The position numbers and the translations under genes are program-made. Shown here one piece after another: positions 12,243 through 24,918 of a stretch of 64,000 bases of DNA (positions are counted from its first letter, which is position 1; each line of letters opens with the position of its first letter). The stretch comes from Antechinus flavipes (taxonomy: Eukaryota): the NCBI RefSeq assembly GCF_016432865.1, contig NC_067398.1:444106001-444170000 (forward strand), read 5' to 3'. The notes beneath the pieces were generated by a model. The model was not told the origin of the DNA. It did no database searches and saw only the letters and a program-made list of their open reading frames with translations.

Positions 12243-13668
12243 GGACTTGTGTGAGGGGGAGGGGCTATAATATTCCTGAGAGTTATCATCTTGGGATCTC
12301 TTTTATGAGGTGACCTATAGATACTTTCAATTTTCTATCTTATCCTCCGGTTTTAGAATATCAGGACAATTTTTCCTTATTAATTTCTTGAAAGATGGTG
12401 TCCATAGTTTTCAAGTAAACCAATAATTTTAAAATACATCTCTCCTGAATTTATTTTCCAGGTCAGTTGTTTTTCCAATGAAATATTTCACTTTTCCCCC
12501 TCTTTTTCATTCTTTTGGATTTGCTTTTCTATTGTTTAGTTCTCATAAAGTCATTAGCTTCCACTTGTTCAATTCTAATTTTTAAGAAATTATTTTTCTC
12601 AGTGAGCAAAACTTGTACCTCCTTTTTGATTTGGTCAATTTTGCTTTTTAGGGCATACTTCTCATTAGCTTTTTGTATTTCCTTTTGCATCACTCTCATT
12701 TCTTTTTCCAATTTTTCTTTTACCTTTCTTACTTGATTTCAAGATTCCTTTTGAGCTCTCCCATGGTCTGAAACCAGTTCTTATATTTTTTGACAGTTTT
12801 GGATGTAGAAGCTTTGACCTTGTTATCATCTTCTGAGTATGTATTTCAATCTTCCTTGTTGCCATAGTAACTTTCTATGGTCAAAATCTTTTTCTTCTGT
12901 TTACTCATTTCCCCCAGCTTATTACTTGGATTTTAACTCTTTGTTACAGTAGAGCTCTGTTTCCAGGATGGAGGGTGTAATATCCCAAGCTTTAGGAGTT
13001 TTGTACAGTTGTTTTCAGAGTTCCTTTTAGAGACCTATATTGTGAGCCAGCATTACTACCTAGATTTAAATATGGGCAAAGCAACAAAGTCCTGCCACAA
13101 TGCCAACAAAGTGACCACTGCAATCTTTCTCTGCCTAAATGTTCACTTCACTCCATCCCACAGCTCTCATGATCTGTCACCTCCAGAGGCTACCACTATT
13201 GCTGCTGCCTTTCCTGTCACTGTTGTGGTTGCTGCTGCTTCCCCCACTGTTGATTGAGTGGTCCCCAAAGCCTGATTCTGGCCTAGGGTTTCCCTCACCC
13301 TAGTATGTCAAACCTCTTCTGCTGAGTTGTCCTTGATATCTGTGGGCTGAGAGGTCTGGAGATTGATGCTATTGCCACAGATTCAAAGGTCCTACTGCTT
13401 GTTTCTGATTTCCTGAGCTCTGAACTGTGCTAGCTCAGGCTAGCACAGCTTGAGCTGTGATTGCCTTCCAGCCCAGTCTGATACACCAGACCTCTCCTGC
13501 AGACATTCTAAGTTGTCTTCAGCTAGAAAATTATTTTACTCTTTTTTTTGGGGGGGGAGGGAGTTCTGATGCTCTAAATTTTTTTAAGAGTCATTATTTA
13601 AAGGTATTTGGAGGAATCTGGGGAAGAATTCTAGCAAGTCTCTACCTTCACTCTGCCATCTCGGCTCT
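12243..13668 (-). mobile_element. L1/HAL1-like 5' fragment (5' UTR plus ORF1) nested in an L1
   Basis: 5' start gaagagccgagatggcagag (reverse complement). ORF1 remnants such as FLKIRIEQVEANDFMR and the KTTDLEN/IERIH regions. No ORF2. Confidence 0.85.
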
Positions 13669-13669
13669 T

Positions 13670-15035
13670 CCTTTTTTTAAACATCTCTTTGGGATATAGA
13701 CCAAGTAGTGGCATTGCGGGGTCAAAGGGTATGTACAGTTTTATAGATCTTTAAGTATCGTTCTAAACTACTGTTTAGAGTGGTTGGATCAGTACATCAG
13801 AATTCTATCAATATGCCCTCCAACCATTTATTATTTTTCTTTTCTGTTATATTAGTCAATCTATAGGTATGAGATGGTACTTCAGTGTTTTTTAAAATTT
13901 TCATTTCTGTAATCAAAAGTGATTTAGAGCATTTTTCATATGACTGTAGGTACTTTAATTTCTTCACTGAAAACTGCCTATTCATAACCTTTGACCGCTT
14001 ACCAATTGGGGAATGACTTATATTCTCATAAACTAGAATTGGTTATTTAGATATTGACAAATGAGGGTTTAATTGGAGACATTTGTAAAAATTGTTTCCC
14101 AGCTTTCTGCTTTCCTTTTAATCTTGGTTGCATTGCTTTGTTTATGTAAAAACTTTTAAATTTAATAGATCAATATAGTCCATTTTACATGACACAATGC
14201 TCTCTATCTCTTATTTGGTCACAAGTGCTTTCTATAGGTTTATCAGGTAATCTATTCATTGTTTATGTAATCTGTTTTTGTTATCACCATTTATGTTTAA
14301 ATCATGTAACCATTTTGATTTTATCCTAGTATTACTGTATACTAAGATGTTGGTTCCAGGGGTCCAGATGCAGCAGCTGAAGACGTTTTTCCCCTTCACC
14401 CAGGACTATGAATTTTCTTTATTTAAAGGCCCACAAAGCAAAGTTTTTGTTTGTACTATAATCCGACCCTTCAACAGTCTGAGGGACAGTGAACTCTTCC
14501 CCCTATTTAAAAAGTTTGAAGACCTTTAGTTCTACCATATTGCTTTCCAGTGTTCCCAACTGGTTTTGTCAAAATAGTGAGTTCTTACCCTAGAAGCGGG
14601 GGTTTTTGGGTTTTATCAAACACTAAATTAGGAAAGTTATTTACTATTGAGTCTTATGTATATAATATATACCACTGATCCACTGCTCTATTTCTTAGCC
14701 AATACCAGATAATTTTTAATGATTATCACTTGGCAATACAGTTTGGGAGATAATATGGCTAGAATACTTTCCTTCAGATTTGTTTTCATTAATTCCCCTT
14801 ATATTATTGATTTTTTTGTTTTCCCAGATGAATTTTGTTTCATTTTTTTCTTACTTTACAAAATATTTTTTGGAAAGTTGATTGACATGGCACTGAGTAA
14901 TTAAACTAATTTGGGTAAACTTGTCATTTTTATTATGCTGGCTCAGTCTATTTATGAACAATCAATATTTTTCCAATTGTTTGGATCTGACTTTATTTGT
15001 GTGAAAAAGCATTTTGTAATATATTTATATAGTTC
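13670..15035 (-). mobile_element. Old L1 ORF2 3' region (right part)
   Basis: ctctttgggatatagaccaagtagtggcattgcggggtcaaagggtatg directly continues the 11610-12235 element. Confidence 0.85.
14357..14528 (+). mobile_element. OC1 (OposCharlie1)-like hAT MITE
   Basis: Begins caggggtcc and ends caacagtctgagggacagtgaact...ccccctatttaaaaagtttgaagacc, matching remembered OC1 non-autonomous termini. Short 5' internal deletion. Confidence 0.7.
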
Positions 15036-15074
15036 TTAACCAAAAATTCCTTCTCTGTCAATGATAAAGACATT

Positions 15075-16530
15075 TAAAATGAAATAGATGAATGTTTACA
15101 AAAATATTAACTATCCAGATTAACAGAAAAGAAATAGATAATCTAAATTATCCTACCTCAGTGGAAAGAAAAGCCATATAAGAACTCCCAAGGGGAGAAA
15201 AGACCCAAACCAAATGAATTTATGAGTGAATTCCATCAATTATTCAAAAATATTTAATTTCCACATTAAATAGACTATTTACAGAAATATTAGAAAAAGA
15301 TTACTACCAAATTCCTTCTGTGATACAAAAACAGTTTTGATATGTAAAAACAAGAGCAATGTTTCTAATGAATTAATTTAAATATTAAATCATATGTTAG
15401 GACATACCTAACATAAGAAATTTAAAGAATTATAGTAACCAGACAGGATTAATATAATGAATACAAGGTTGATTCAAGAAACTACAAAAAAACACCACAA
15501 ACTAAAACAAGTATTGATAACAAAATAACATTAATAGATGCAAGAAAAAGGTTTTATTTAGATAAAATATGATACCTCTTTTTGTTAAAAAGCACAATAA
15601 ATAAGAATAAAACCATACTTGATGTAGTAAATATTATCTAAAACCAATAAACAACAAAATGTGTGCAGAGATAAACTAGAAATCTTATCAATAAGATCAA
15701 GGATAAGATAAGAATGCTTCTTCTACTTCTATTTAACAAAATCCAGTAGGAAGATATAGAAAAAGAAATTCTATTCAGAATAATTACAGAACATGTGAAG
15801 TAGTTAGGATTTTAGCTACTAAGATATACATGGGAACTATATGAATGTAATTTCAGTATACTTTTTGCAGAAATAAAAAATAAGTGGAAAATATTAATTA
15901 CTCCTTGTTGGGTTATGCAAAATTTATGATTGATAATGCATCTAAAATAATTTACTGCCAACTGCCATAGTAGTCAAACCACCAAAGGATAACCTTATAG
16001 AGCTAGAAAAATTAATATTAAAATTCATTGGAGGAATAAGAAGTCACAATAGTTAAAGGAAATTATGACAAAGATTGGGAAAGGAGGGATTATAGCAGTA
16101 CAAGTACAAGTACAAAATATAATGTAAACATATAATCAATTTTATTTAGTATAAACAAAAAAGTAGTAAGTTTGATTAGTTCAACATATTAGGTATACCA
16201 TATCCAAAAGCAAATGAACATATTATTGTTAGTTTTTTATAAACCTGAAGAACTCAACCTCTTGGATTAGGACTCACATTTTCATGTAAAAAGCTGGGAA
16301 AATTGGAAAGCATTCTGAAAGCAATTATTTTTATCTCAAGAACACATACTATGTACCACAATAAGTTCCAATCAAATACATTCTCTAGATAAAAGGTTAT
16401 ATCTTAACAAATGAGACAAAAAGGGAAAGAATATGACTTCCAAAAGTTTATTGATAGCCAACAGTTAAGAAAATATTATAGAAGATATAATTTATAATTT
16501 TGATTAAATAAAATTAAAAAAGTTTTTTTT
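15075..16530 (+). mobile_element. Decayed L1 ORF2 fragment
   Basis: aaatgaaatagatgaatgtttacaaaaatattaactatccagattaacag onward. Reverse-transcriptase and post-RT sequence with many indels. Confidence 0.78.
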
Positions 16531-17439
16531 TTTTCCCCACAAAGAAATCAGTTGTAGTTAAAATTGAAATGGTACAAGAGTGTGGAGGTCCATTGAATTA
16601 ATCAATTGAGTTTCTATCCCATTTAAAGTAACTAACCAAATATCTAATCCTGATCATTTTTGTCTGGAGAGATCCTTTAGTGAATGAATGAATCAATCAA
16701 ACGTTTGTACTAGATATGAATAAAGCCTAGACAGCTTGATTGAATGAATCAACAAATCAGTCAATCAAAGGTTTTTCAATTAGACACAAAAAGAAGTATG
16801 TTGATATTAGCTAGGCAGTCTCTTGGCCCCACCCTGTGGGTACAGAATAAAACAGAAGGCCAGTTTAAAAAGTTACTTCCTCAACTGGTTCCAAAAAAAT
16901 TTTTTTTTTAATTAAAACTTAGAGGATATGTGTGGTAATGGTGTTGGAAATAGGGTTGGAGTTTAGAAGACAGACAATACATTGCTTTATCTCTCATTTC
17001 TAAATAATTAGAAGTCAATGAGATGTCAATGGAAAAAACCATTTTTTTCTGGAAAATTGCCTAGAAAGTCAGAAAACCAAAATATCTATGCAGTACCTGG
17101 GAGCACTTACCACCAGATTCACAAGTCTTCCAGAAAGCCTATTTTTAGAAATTTTGTGTTCACATCTTTGTGTTGCTCCCATCAGTTTTGTTGTCTGCTG
17201 GTCTTGAATCATATATAGTCTTTGCCATTATCTCCTCTGGACATGGAGACTCTGTTATAGTTTTTAATCTCTTATATGTAATCTTTGTCAAGTATTGTTC
17301 CCACAAATACTTATTTTGATTTCTTTGTTTTGCCCTCTTCCTCTGATGATTAGTGCTAGCTTCTGCCAGGTGTAACTGCACTGAACATGAAATTCTAGAG
17401 TTTCTTTTTAGGAGTAGTTTTTTGGTATCAATTGAAATT

Positions 17440-17760
17440 GATAAATAGGGGTTTTTTCTTTTTCTCTTGGGAAAAATAAGAATACAAAAGGAAGCTGAAA
17501 AGGAGAGAATTAGGAGAAGGGGGAATGCAAAGAAGTTGATCAGAAAAGTCCCAAAGATGTAGCCAGGTGAAAAATTAGGAGATGTTTGAATTGAGCATTC
17601 TCATTAATGGAAGTTTGGAGTTCATGACCTCATCCTTCAATTAGTAAGGCAGAGAAAGTGAGGGAATCTTATAGGATGTTGAGGTTATTGCAATAGTGAG
17701 CTTCCTTGGGCATGATAGAGAAGTCAGAAAAGTACCAAAACAATGCAAGTGAGAAATCTC
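17440..17760 (-). mobile_element. Probable L2 fragment
   Basis: Purine-rich decayed sequence typical of antisense L2 ORF2. Confidence 0.35.
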
Positions 17761-17790
17761 ACAATAAAAGGGAAATGTCTTTAGGTAACT

Positions 17791-18028
17791 GGACTACTAG
17801 GTGGCACAGTGGAGAACAGTGCTGAGAAGACTCATTTTTGAGAGTTCAAATCTCACCTCTGACAGATACTGAGTGATCCTGAACAAGTCATTTAATCCTA
17901 TTTATCTCAGCTTTTTCGTTGTACAATGAGCTAGAGAAGAAAATGACAAACCACTCCAGTATCTTTTCCAAGAAAACATTAAATGGGACTACAAAGAGTT
18001 GAACACAATTAAAACAACTGAATGACAA
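17791..18028 (+). mobile_element. MAR1-type CORE-SINE
   Basis: ctaggtggcacagtgg head and gagctagagaagaaaatgacaaaccactccagtatcttttccaagaaaac tail. Confidence 0.82.
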
Positions 18029-18539
18029 TTTCAGGTAAATATTAGCTTAAATAGCTTATGGCATCTCTTTCAGGGAGAGATTTGTGACTTAAATTTTTCT
18101 CACTGGTAAATATGAAATAAAATAAAATGAATTACATTAAGATGAGATATTTCAATCTGTTTAATTGAATCTATAACAGTATTATTTTTAATTATACATT
18201 CAAAATTGAGAAGAAATTTTGAATTGGTACTTATGTAATAAGTAACTAATCAGTGGGGGGAAAAGTCACTGAAATCAATACATGTTTTAGTCAGCATATT
18301 TTGTAGACCTGTGGTTTTGGTTGTCTATATTAATTTAATGATTTATTACCTTTGTTGAGTTCTTATGACATTTCTGACAGCTATATTCTACAAAAATATT
18401 ACCTTCAAAGAAGATTATAAAATCATATAATTTTGTCACAGATTTTATATCATAAACTTAAATTTATAAATAAAATTTAATTAATTGATACACAAAAACT
18501 TGTAAAATATATAAAATTTAATTTTATGTCATAGATTTA

Positions 18540-18740
18540 AATCATAGATTTTGTATGGACTTCAGTGGCCCTCTAATATATAACATATACCCTCTTCTTC
18601 CAAACTTCAAAATTCCAATATGAATAACAAGTGGTCATTCAGTCTCTGCTTAAAAACTTTCAGTTAGAGAGATAACACTGCAGCTCCAGAAGTAGCTTAT
18701 TTTTATATAGCTTTATATAGCTCTTACTTCTTCAAATTTT
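18540..18740 (-). mobile_element. CR1/L3 or MIR3 fragment
   Basis: aagtggtcattcagtctctgcttaaaaactttcagttagagaga resembles the antisense CR1 3' end. Confidence 0.5.
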
Positions 18741-18954
18741 CTCAAATAAACGTGAAGGGGAAAATGGGAGAAGACTTTGCAGCATATGAATCTTATTCAC
18801 ATCTTCACATTCAAAAATAGGATATTGGATATAAAATATAGGATATAAAAATGTATTCCTTTTTCTCAGCTGTACATGGCATCTCCACAAAATTAGGGCA
18901 TTGAAAATCTCATAACCAAAGATAGAAAAAAGTAAATATTAAATGCACTCTTAA

Positions 18955-19110
18955 TTTTATTTTATTTCTTTTTTGCTGAAGCAATTAAGGTTAAGTGAAT
19001 TGCCCAGGGCCACACAGCTAGGAAGTGTTAAGTGTCTGAGTCCAAATTGGAACTCAGGTCCTCCTGACTTCAGAACTGGTACTCTATCCACTGCACCACC
19101 TAGCTGCCCC
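18955..19110 (-). mobile_element. WSINE1-type CORE-SINE
   Basis: gctgaagcaattaaggttaagtgaattgcccagggccacacagctaggaagtgttaagtgtctgag...ccacctagctgcccc with T-rich tail and degenerate TSD. Confidence 0.85.
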
Positions 19111-20359
19111 TAAATGTATTCCTTTTAAAGCACAAGTGACAAAAAGTTGTTTTCAATAAAAGATTGTGTAATCCTAAAAAATGGGAAAGTAAAAGAAAAA
19201 ATAATTTCATTAAAGAGACTGATAATAGTGAAACAACACTACAAAACTTGTGAGATGCAATCAAATCCCTATTTTGGAGAAATTTGTATCTCTAAATATT
19301 TACATCAATCATAAAGAGAAAGAACAGATAAATATATTGTAAACACATCTAAAAAAACTTTAAAAATGGAATAAAAAATTCCAACTGCACCACAAAATGT
19401 ATATTTTAAAAATAAAAGGAGAAATTAATAAAATTTGAAATAAAACAAGCAAACATTGACTTAATAAATAAAAAGTAGGAGTTTTTTAATGAAAAAATTA
19501 AAGATGGTTTTGATAATAAATCATAAAGTAGATTATTAGCAAATTTGGTATTAAAAAAGAACAAAAAACAAAATTTCTAGTTACAAAAATGAAAAGAATA
19601 ATTGAACTACCAATTAAGATAAATTAAAAAAAATCATTAGGAGTTATTTTGCCTTACTATATGCCAGCAAAACCAACAATATAATTTAAAAGAATATTTA
19701 TAAAAATATAAACTGCCAAGATTAACAGAAGAGGAAATAGAATACTTAAATAACCATGTCTTGGAAAAAAGAAATTTAACAAACTATCAAAAATATAGTT
19801 TGTAAACCCTAGAAAATAAACTAAAATTCTAATTGACATAGTTAAGAACTTTAAGTTGCAATATGAAAAAATATAATCACACATTTTTATGTTACCGATA
19901 AAATACAGAGAAAGAGAAATTCCATTTAAAATAACAACAGACAACATAAAATATTTAGAATATTGGGGATATTCCCTGGGGATAATATGAACACAATTAA
20001 AAGATACTTTTCACACAGATCAAATCAGATCTATGTAATTGGGGAAATATTAATTGTTCATGGATAGACCTAGTCAATGTAATACAAATGATAACATTAC
20101 CTAAACTAATTCACTTATTTATTGTCAGACCAAACTACCGAAAAATTATTTTATAGACTTAGAAAAATCATAACAAAATTCATCTAGTATAATGTTAGAA
20201 GGTCAAGAATATAAAGCAATCAATATAAAAAGAATGTGAAGGAAGATGACTAAACACAACCAGATGCTTCTCTCTCTTTCTTCCTCTTTTCCTTCTTCTC
20301 TCTCTGCCTGTGCCTGCCCCCCCCCACAAAACATAGATAGATAGACAGATATAATTACC

Positions 20360-20510
20360 CTTTTAAAAATATTTTATTTTCCCAGTTACATGTAAAATAA
20401 ATCTTTTTACATTTGTTTTTAAATTTTTGAATTCCAGATTTTCTCCTTTCCTACTCTACCCAATTGAGAAGGCACATGTGAAGTTATATAACACATTTCT
20501 ATAAAAGTCC
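20360..20510 (-). mobile_element. Short L1 3' end inserted in the + strand L1
   Basis: tattttattttcccagttacatgtaaaataaatc, the same 3' end type as at 11620. Confidence 0.5.
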
Positions 20511-21399
20511 TCAAAATGCATTATTGAACAGTAATAATCAAAACTCTCTGATACTAGCTAAGAAGTAGAATATTAGATAGGTGTAATAAACAATACACAG
20601 TTAGAGATGACACAATAACCTAGTATTTAATAAACCCTCAAATCCAAGCTTTTTAGAGTGATCATTCACCATTTCACAAAAATTTTGGGGAAAACTGGAA
20701 AGCAGTTTAGCAGAAACTATGTAAAGACTAGCAATTCATGCCATATACCAAAATAAGGTCTCAATGGATAAGTGATTTAGACATAAGTTTGGAAAGCATG
20801 GAAAAAATGGACCTGTCAGATGTATGGATAAGGAAAGAGTTCATGGCCAAACAGAAGAAAGAGAAGGGCATGGGAAATAGAATAATTTTTGGTTACATGA
20901 AATTAAAATGGTTTTTATCTAAACAAAAGTAATGTAACCAATATTAGAAAGAAAATAGGAAACTGGAAAAATTACAGCATATTTCTCTGATAAAGACTTC
21001 ATTTCTCAAATATATGGAGAACAGAGAAAAATATATGAAAATAAGAGTCATTCCACCTGTCAATAAATGACCACAAGGTATAAACAGGCAGTTTTCAGAA
21101 GACAAAATCAAAGCTATTAAAACATTAAAAACATCCCAAGTCATTATTAATCAGAGAAATGCAAATTAGAATAGCTCTGAGATATCACCTCACATCTAAT
21201 GGATTGTCTAACATGACAGAAAAAAATGACAAATGCTTGATGGGATGTGGAAAAAAAAATCAGGATCCTAATGCATTTTTTTGGTGCAGTTGTAAACTAG
21301 TTCCAGCATTCTGAAGAACAATTTGGAACTATGGCTAATGAGCTCTAAAACTTCATGTGCTCTGAACCAGCAAATTGTCATAATGCTACTATGACTATG

Positions 21400-21400
<1 letters not shown>

Positions 21401-21430
<30 letters not shown>
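21401..21430. repeat. (CA)n microsatellite
   Basis: Direct reading. Confidence 0.97.
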
Positions 21431-21433
<3 letters not shown>

Positions 21434-21941
21434 CTAAAGAAAATGGAAATAGACCTATTTGTACAAAATATTTATAGCAACTCTTTCTATGATGACAAAG
21501 AATAGGCAATTGTAAGAATGGCCATAAATTGGGGAATAGCTGAACAAGATATGGTGTATGATTGTGATAAACTACTATTATGTTGTAATAAATGACATAG
21601 AGGATGGTTTCAGAAAAATCTGAGAAGACTTACATGAACTGTTTCAAAGTGAGGTGAGCAGAATCAGGAGAACCTTATATATTGTAACAACAACATTCTA
21701 AGGATGAACAGGTATGAAAGACTGATTAAGACAATGATTGATAGTTTCAAACGATCCATGATGAAAAATGCTATCCATCTCCTAAGAGAGATGTGATGAA
21801 CTCAGTGCAAATTGAATCATACTTTTTAGTTTTTTAATTTTTTTTCTGTTTTTTTGGTCTGTGTTTTCTTTTGTGACATGGATAATACAAAAATAGGTTT
21901 TGTAAGCCCTCAAATGTATAATTGATACCTAATCACTTGCT

Positions 21942-22096
21942 CACTCTCTCTCTTTTTTTCCTGAGGCAATTGGGGTTAAGTAACTTGCCGTAGGGTCACA
22001 CAGCTAAGAAGTAGTAAGTGTCTGAGTCCGAATTTGAACTTAGGTCCTCCTGACTTTAGGGCCAGTGATCTATCTACTGTGCCATCTAGTTGCCCC
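21942..22096 (-). mobile_element. WSINE1-type SINE with 12-bp TSD
   Basis: SINE consensus. TSD taatcacttgct at 21930-21941 and 22097-22108. Confidence 0.88.
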
Positions 22097-22629
22097 TAAT
22101 CACTTGCTTTCTTAAGGAGGGGACAGATATAACAAGGAGGAATAGGCGACTAGCACATGTTATATATTGAAATCACTCGTGTGTTCTTTTCTCTCTGATC
22201 TAGTATTAGAATTGTGAGATGAGTAGACAAAGCTATAAAATGGAGAGATATATAGCCTAACATGAACCACCTTTGTCAAGGTCAAGATATAAGTTGCTCT
22301 TGATTTGAAGTCATCAAGGGAAGCAAGTGAAACTTCCTGATAGAAGTTTATATAAATCTTTTCTAGTTAAAGAAATTGTGGGAAAATCCTCTAATTTTCA
22401 CCCTACTTTACAGAACAAAAACATAAAGAAACTCCAGGAAGATATAAGTGTGGGATAAGAGGGACTTTGTGCTTTCAAAAACTTAAATAAAATAATGATG
22501 GAGATCAATTATAATGCTAGGCTTGGTAGATAGACATTTTTTTGATTAGGTGGATAACATATCCTTTTTTCATGTAGCCTTATATTTTGTGGGCAATCAA
22601 AAGATTTTTTTCCATGGCTAAACTTGGAT

Positions 22630-23608
22630 TGAGGACTCAATTCATCTGAATCACAGAAACACAGAATCTATCATCTAGAAGGGACCCCTGAAATTATCTA
22701 GTCCAATCCAGTCCTCACTAATAATATTTTCTGTAACATTACCAACAAGTGGCCATTCAGCCTTTACTTAAAGATATCCAAATAAAGGGAGAGAGGACAT
22801 TATTTTTTTAAACCAGCTAATTCTGCATTTGGATATTTCTAATTATTAGCTAATTTTTTCCTTTAAATCAAGTCTGAATTGATTTAAAAATAAAATTCCT
22901 ACTAATTGCTTCTTAGAGGTCTGATCCTCTTTCTATCTATAATACAGACTTCCTTCCTTCCTTCCTTCCTTCCTTCCTTCCTTCCTTCCTTCCTTCCTTC
23001 CTTCCTTCCTTCCTTCTTTCCTTCCTTCCTTCTTTATTTTCTTTCTCTATTTCCTATTAACTATTTCTAATAACCTAGAGAAACTTTCTCTCTAGTAGTT
23101 ATTTATAAATTATATATAATATATATATGATGTTCCATACATTATACTTACACATAAATGTATATTCTTGTGCATTTATGAGTAGATAGATGATGCTGAA
23201 AATATATAGACAGAAAAATACTGTCTTTTAGAATTAACCTAATATTAAAGTTGTTTGATATCTAATTAATTAGTAATGTAATCAATAATGATTCACAGGC
23301 ATAAATAACTATTTACAATATTTAAGATAGGAGAAAAATCCTGGCTAGAGTCATCTCTGCTCATCAACGTAACTGGAGATGACTTCTCCTCACTGATAAA
23401 ACCATTGTTCCACTATTCATTTCACCCAAGATACACAATAGCATTTCAAATGAAGACATTTATTATATTCCTCCCCTATGTTTTCTTTTCACTAAGTTAA
23501 ATCTCTTCAATCAATTCTTATATGGCATATTTCATATTCTCATCATCTTGATTGCTCTCTTCTGAATGACCTTTAGTCTGTCTTTCTTCTTCTTTTAAAA
23601 TTTGATGC
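22630..23608 (-). mobile_element. CR1/L3 fragments (22630-22930, 23360-23608, resuming at about 24020)
   Basis: aagtggccattcagcctttact, ttttcttttcactaagttaaat, aaaatttgatgc|ccagaac. Interrupted by simple repeats and an LTR. Confidence 0.55.
22949..23032. repeat. (TTCC)n microsatellite
   Basis: Direct reading. Confidence 0.97.
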
Positions 23609-24014
23609 TGTGACAAAATCAGTTTCTCTGACACAACTTCCTTCAGATGCAGCTTTCCTGATTACTTCAGTTTCTCCTTCCCCCACATGCAACTTGATGG
23701 GTCTCACCTTTCCTGATGCAGCTTCCTGATTGACAAGCATAAAACACACCAACCAGACTTTTCAGATTTGGTGGTGCTTAAGACAATGTGAATCATCAAC
23801 CCTTATGATTTACTGAGAAGACATGCTACCTGATAGAGATAAGGAAGGAAGCTTATAGGGAAGCTAAGTGCCACTATATACATGTCACATATTCTTACTG
23901 TGGGCAAAATAAACTTTGTTTGTTAAATGTTAAATGCCTTGCAAGTGACTCATTTCCTCTCAACATTGAATATGAATTAAGAGGGTGCTTCTCTTAGAGA
24001 CACACATAGGATAT
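23609..24014 (+). mobile_element. Probable solo LTR
   Basis: Starts TGTGA, has ctatata near 23874 and aaataaa near 23907, and interrupts CR1 sequence. Degenerate 4-5 bp TSD (gatgc/tgtgc). Confidence 0.6.
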
Positions 24015-24074
24015 GTGCCCAGAACCAAATAAGATCTGTCCAGATATGAATATCTCTTACTTTTTTTTTTTTAT

Positions 24075-24258
24075 TTCTGGATACCAAGCCATCTCCAGTC
24101 ATCCTGATTTACATCTCACTGGACACAGATGGTTCTGGAGGAGAAAGTGAGGCTGGTGACCTTGCACAACCCACCTTCACTGAAATCCAACTCATTGCAT
24201 GTCATGATGTCACCTCTGTCATGTCATGATGCTCTTCAAGAGTGAAAGAAAACTAACA
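24075..24258 (+). mobile_element. RTE-tailed marsupial SINE 3' part (WALLSI/MdoRep1-like)
   Basis: cactggacacagatggttctggaggagaaagtgaggctggtgaccttgcaca...tcttcaagagtgaaag. Confidence 0.55.
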
Positions 24259-24439
24259 ATCTCTTTAAGTAGAGTTGCAGTGAGGCTCCAACTGAATTAC
24301 TCAATTGGGCAACAAAACTCACTCTCTTGCTCTTGCTCTTGTAGTCTTTCCAAAAGTTAGTGCTTTGCCCAAAAGGAATGAAATTTTTTAAAAAATTGAT
24401 GAAACCTCCCAAGATATCATGGGATCTACTAGCTTGATT

Positions 24440-24918
24440 TCTTTCTTAAGGCGTATTCCTTAAAGCCAAATCATTCTGACTCTCATTGACCAGCAATAGG
24501 ACTCAGGTCAAGCCCCAATTGATCATTATTTGGGCCTTAATTTTCTTAGAGTGAAAGTAAATAGTAATTATTTCTCTTTTGGACAGAAACCTTGAGGGTC
24601 TTCCCCTCTCAGATTTATTTTAATTTTTTGGTCCAGGTAAAAGAGGCCATTCTTTGCCTCAATTTTTAGCTAGTCTTAATCACTGAATGAGCATTGCTTC
24701 AGTCAAATAGAACCAAAGGATTTGCCTTAAAAAGGCCAAAATCTCCTACTGCATCCAGGTCCATTTCCAGTTGTCTTGATCTCTATCTTGCCACTGGACC
24801 CACATGACTCTGGGAGAGAAAGTGAAGCTGATGACTTTGCACAATCTAGCCTCATTTAAATCCTTTTCACTTGTGTGACATCACCTCCCTGATGAGAATA
24901 TAGGACACACAACAACTA
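24440..24918 (+). mobile_element. RTE-tailed marsupial SINE (WALLSI/MdoRep1-like)
   Basis: Same tail as 24075-24258 (ccactggaccc...gagaaagtgaagctgatgactttgcaca) ending acaacaac. Confidence 0.6.

Larger units (their letters stand above)
19150..22130 (+). mobile_element. Decayed L1 (ORF2 with deletions, plus 3' UTR)
   Basis: acaacactacaaaacttgtgagatgcaatcaaa...agaaatgcaaattagaatagctctgagatatcacctcac...3' UTR. Confidence 0.85.

Noticed and set aside
15035-15075. Head-to-head L1 junction as a twin-priming inversion
   Set aside because: The two arms cover overlapping ORF2 regions and look like separate old insertions
18955-19110. tRNA gene from A/B-box-like motifs (also in other SINE heads)
   Set aside because: tRNA-derived SINE heads without a complete cloverleaf
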